From: a virus
Lineage: Duplodnaviria; Caudoviricetes
Virus record (IMG/VR): IMGVR_UViG_2923088545_000001
Span: 40-64,039 of that record
Reading direction: 5' to 3' (one strand)
Length of the DNA stretch: 64,000 nt
Every line of letters starts with the position of its first letter. Positions within the stretch are counted from its first letter, which is position 1. The notes below the pieces were generated by a model. The model did no database searches. It worked only from the letters and a program-made list of their open reading frames with translations, and was not told the origin of the DNA. This document shows positions 62,894-64,000 of this stretch, piece after piece. Both the position numbers and the translations under genes were made by a program.

Positions 62894-64000
62894 TTGGGAG
62901 AAAAAGTAGCAAGCCCATTTGTTGCTAAAATGATCGGTGATTGGTACGGATATATCAAGAAACAGGACATTCTAAAGGCTGAAAATAAGAGAAAAGAGAT
63001 CGTAATAGCCTTTGAAAATATGGAAGAAGATCAAAATGTCTTATTATACTTTAACTTGATTGATTCCAGATACAAAATGTTGGCACAGGAGTTTGAGGGA
63101 TCAAAAGATATATTGAAGCAAATAGACATTGAAGAGAAGCAGAAAACGGATGACATGATTCAGTATTATTATTTCTTCTTCAATGGCATGTATGAGTTTT
63201 ATAAAAAGCGCTTTTCAGACGCTATCAACTATTATCATATTGCAGAGACCCGACTTCGAAACGTTCCTGACGATTTAGAACGTGCTGAATTTAATTATCA
63301 GCTTTCGATTGCATACTACGAAATCGCACAAAATCATTTCTCCATTAACCACGCCAAAAAAGCTTTAGAAAGCTTTAAATCAGCAGATTTACAAGAGAGT
63401 CGGGTTGCTACTACTCTAATGGTAATCGCATCAAATAAGATGGATTTAAACCAATTTGTACAAGCTGAATCCACCTTTAAGGATGCTATTAATTTAGCAG
63501 CAGAATCTAAAGTTGATTTGCCACAAGCGCTAGGGTATTTCAATCTTGGGATATGTTATGAGCGTCAAGGAAAGCTTCAGCAAGCTTTAGAATGTTTACA
63601 AAATGTCTTTTCGGTTGAATTAAAAAAGCCACACAAACCACTGTATATGAGAACAAATTACATGTTAGCGCGTGTACTCTTCCAGTTAGATAAAAAAGCT
63701 GAAGGGCTGGATGCACACAACGAGTCACTCATGTTAGCGAATGAATTAGCTGACAATGCGTATATTGCTAAGTTAAATATCATACATTTAATATATGTAA
63801 CAGATGATGAAATTCAGCTCGACGCAGCTCTTGATGTACTGAAAAATCAAAAACTTTGGACAGATGCCGCAGAATTGTCAATTATGGCAGCAAGATTTTA
63901 TAAAAAGCAGGATAATTACAAACTGGCATCAAAATACTTTGATGAAGGTTTGGAATCACAGGCCAAAAAATTGACATGGATGGAGGAGGAAGCTGAATGA
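62894..64000 (+). CDS. Rap-family TPR response-regulator phosphatase
   Basis: VAKMIGDWYGYIK...MEEDQNVLLYFNL; YYYFFFNGMYEF; ERAEFNY; GGGGGAGG RBS. Confidence 0.9.
   Translation: MGEKVASPFVAKMIGDWYGYIKKQDILKAENKRKEIVIAFENMEEDQNVLLYFNLIDSRYKMLAQEFEGSKDILKQIDIEEKQKTDDMIQYYYFFFNGMYEFYKKRFSDAINYYHIAETRLRNVPDDLERAEFNYQLSIAYYEIAQNHFSINHAKKALESFKSADLQESRVATTLMVIASNKMDLNQFVQAESTFKDAINLAAESKVDLPQALGYFNLGICYERQGKLQQALECLQNVFSVELKKPHKPLYMRTNYMLARVLFQLDKKAEGLDAHNESLMLANELADNAYIAKLNIIHLIYVTDDEIQLDAALDVLKNQKLWTDAAELSIMAARFYKKQDNYKLASKYFDEGLESQAKKLTWMEEEAE

Noticed and set aside
62240-62970. Minus-strand ORFs 62240-62434, 62620-62970 and 62688-62918
   Set aside because: Reverse readings of the att/tRNA and low-complexity AT-rich DNA

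Overview
Positions 1 to ~62,342 are an almost complete ~62 kb temperate Bacillus siphovirus prophage. It resembles phBC6A51 in organisation and is inserted at a tRNA-Val(GAC) gene. The integrase starts just before the window and attL is not visible. attR, the duplicated 3' half of the tRNA with integrase arm repeats, is at 62,297-62,342. Modules, left to right: tyrosine integrase; replication genes (HTH initiator with iteron-like repeats, DnaC-like loader, DnaB helicase, primase, SSB-like protein, family A polymerase, exonuclease, RuvC-like resolvase); a lysis/lysogeny switch with two small XRE genes and an arbitrium AimR-AimP pair (predicted peptide (A)DIRPGG); nucleotide metabolism (nrdIEF, dut, thyX, dNMP kinase) interrupted by three antisense accessory genes; an accessory region at 33.9-39.3 kb; then packaging, head, tail and lysis genes. 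A host-side Rap-family TPR gene follows attR. The main candidate for an undescribed system is a sigma-factor-like gene directly downstream of aimP. It is preceded by a 35-bp bipartite motif (AATGTCCCGATT-N9-CACATGCGACTGTA) that recurs exactly at two other operon starts, suggesting an arbitrium-gated, self-amplifying phage sigma regulon. Other leads: an orphan 18-aa micro-ORF resembling the AimP pheromone (ADPKPG vs ADIRPG), a putative type I toxin-antitoxin locus, a minimal recombinase with a dif-like 12-6-12 site, and a GH73 glucosaminidase fused to the distal tail protein. All product calls come from recognising motifs by eye, with no database searches.
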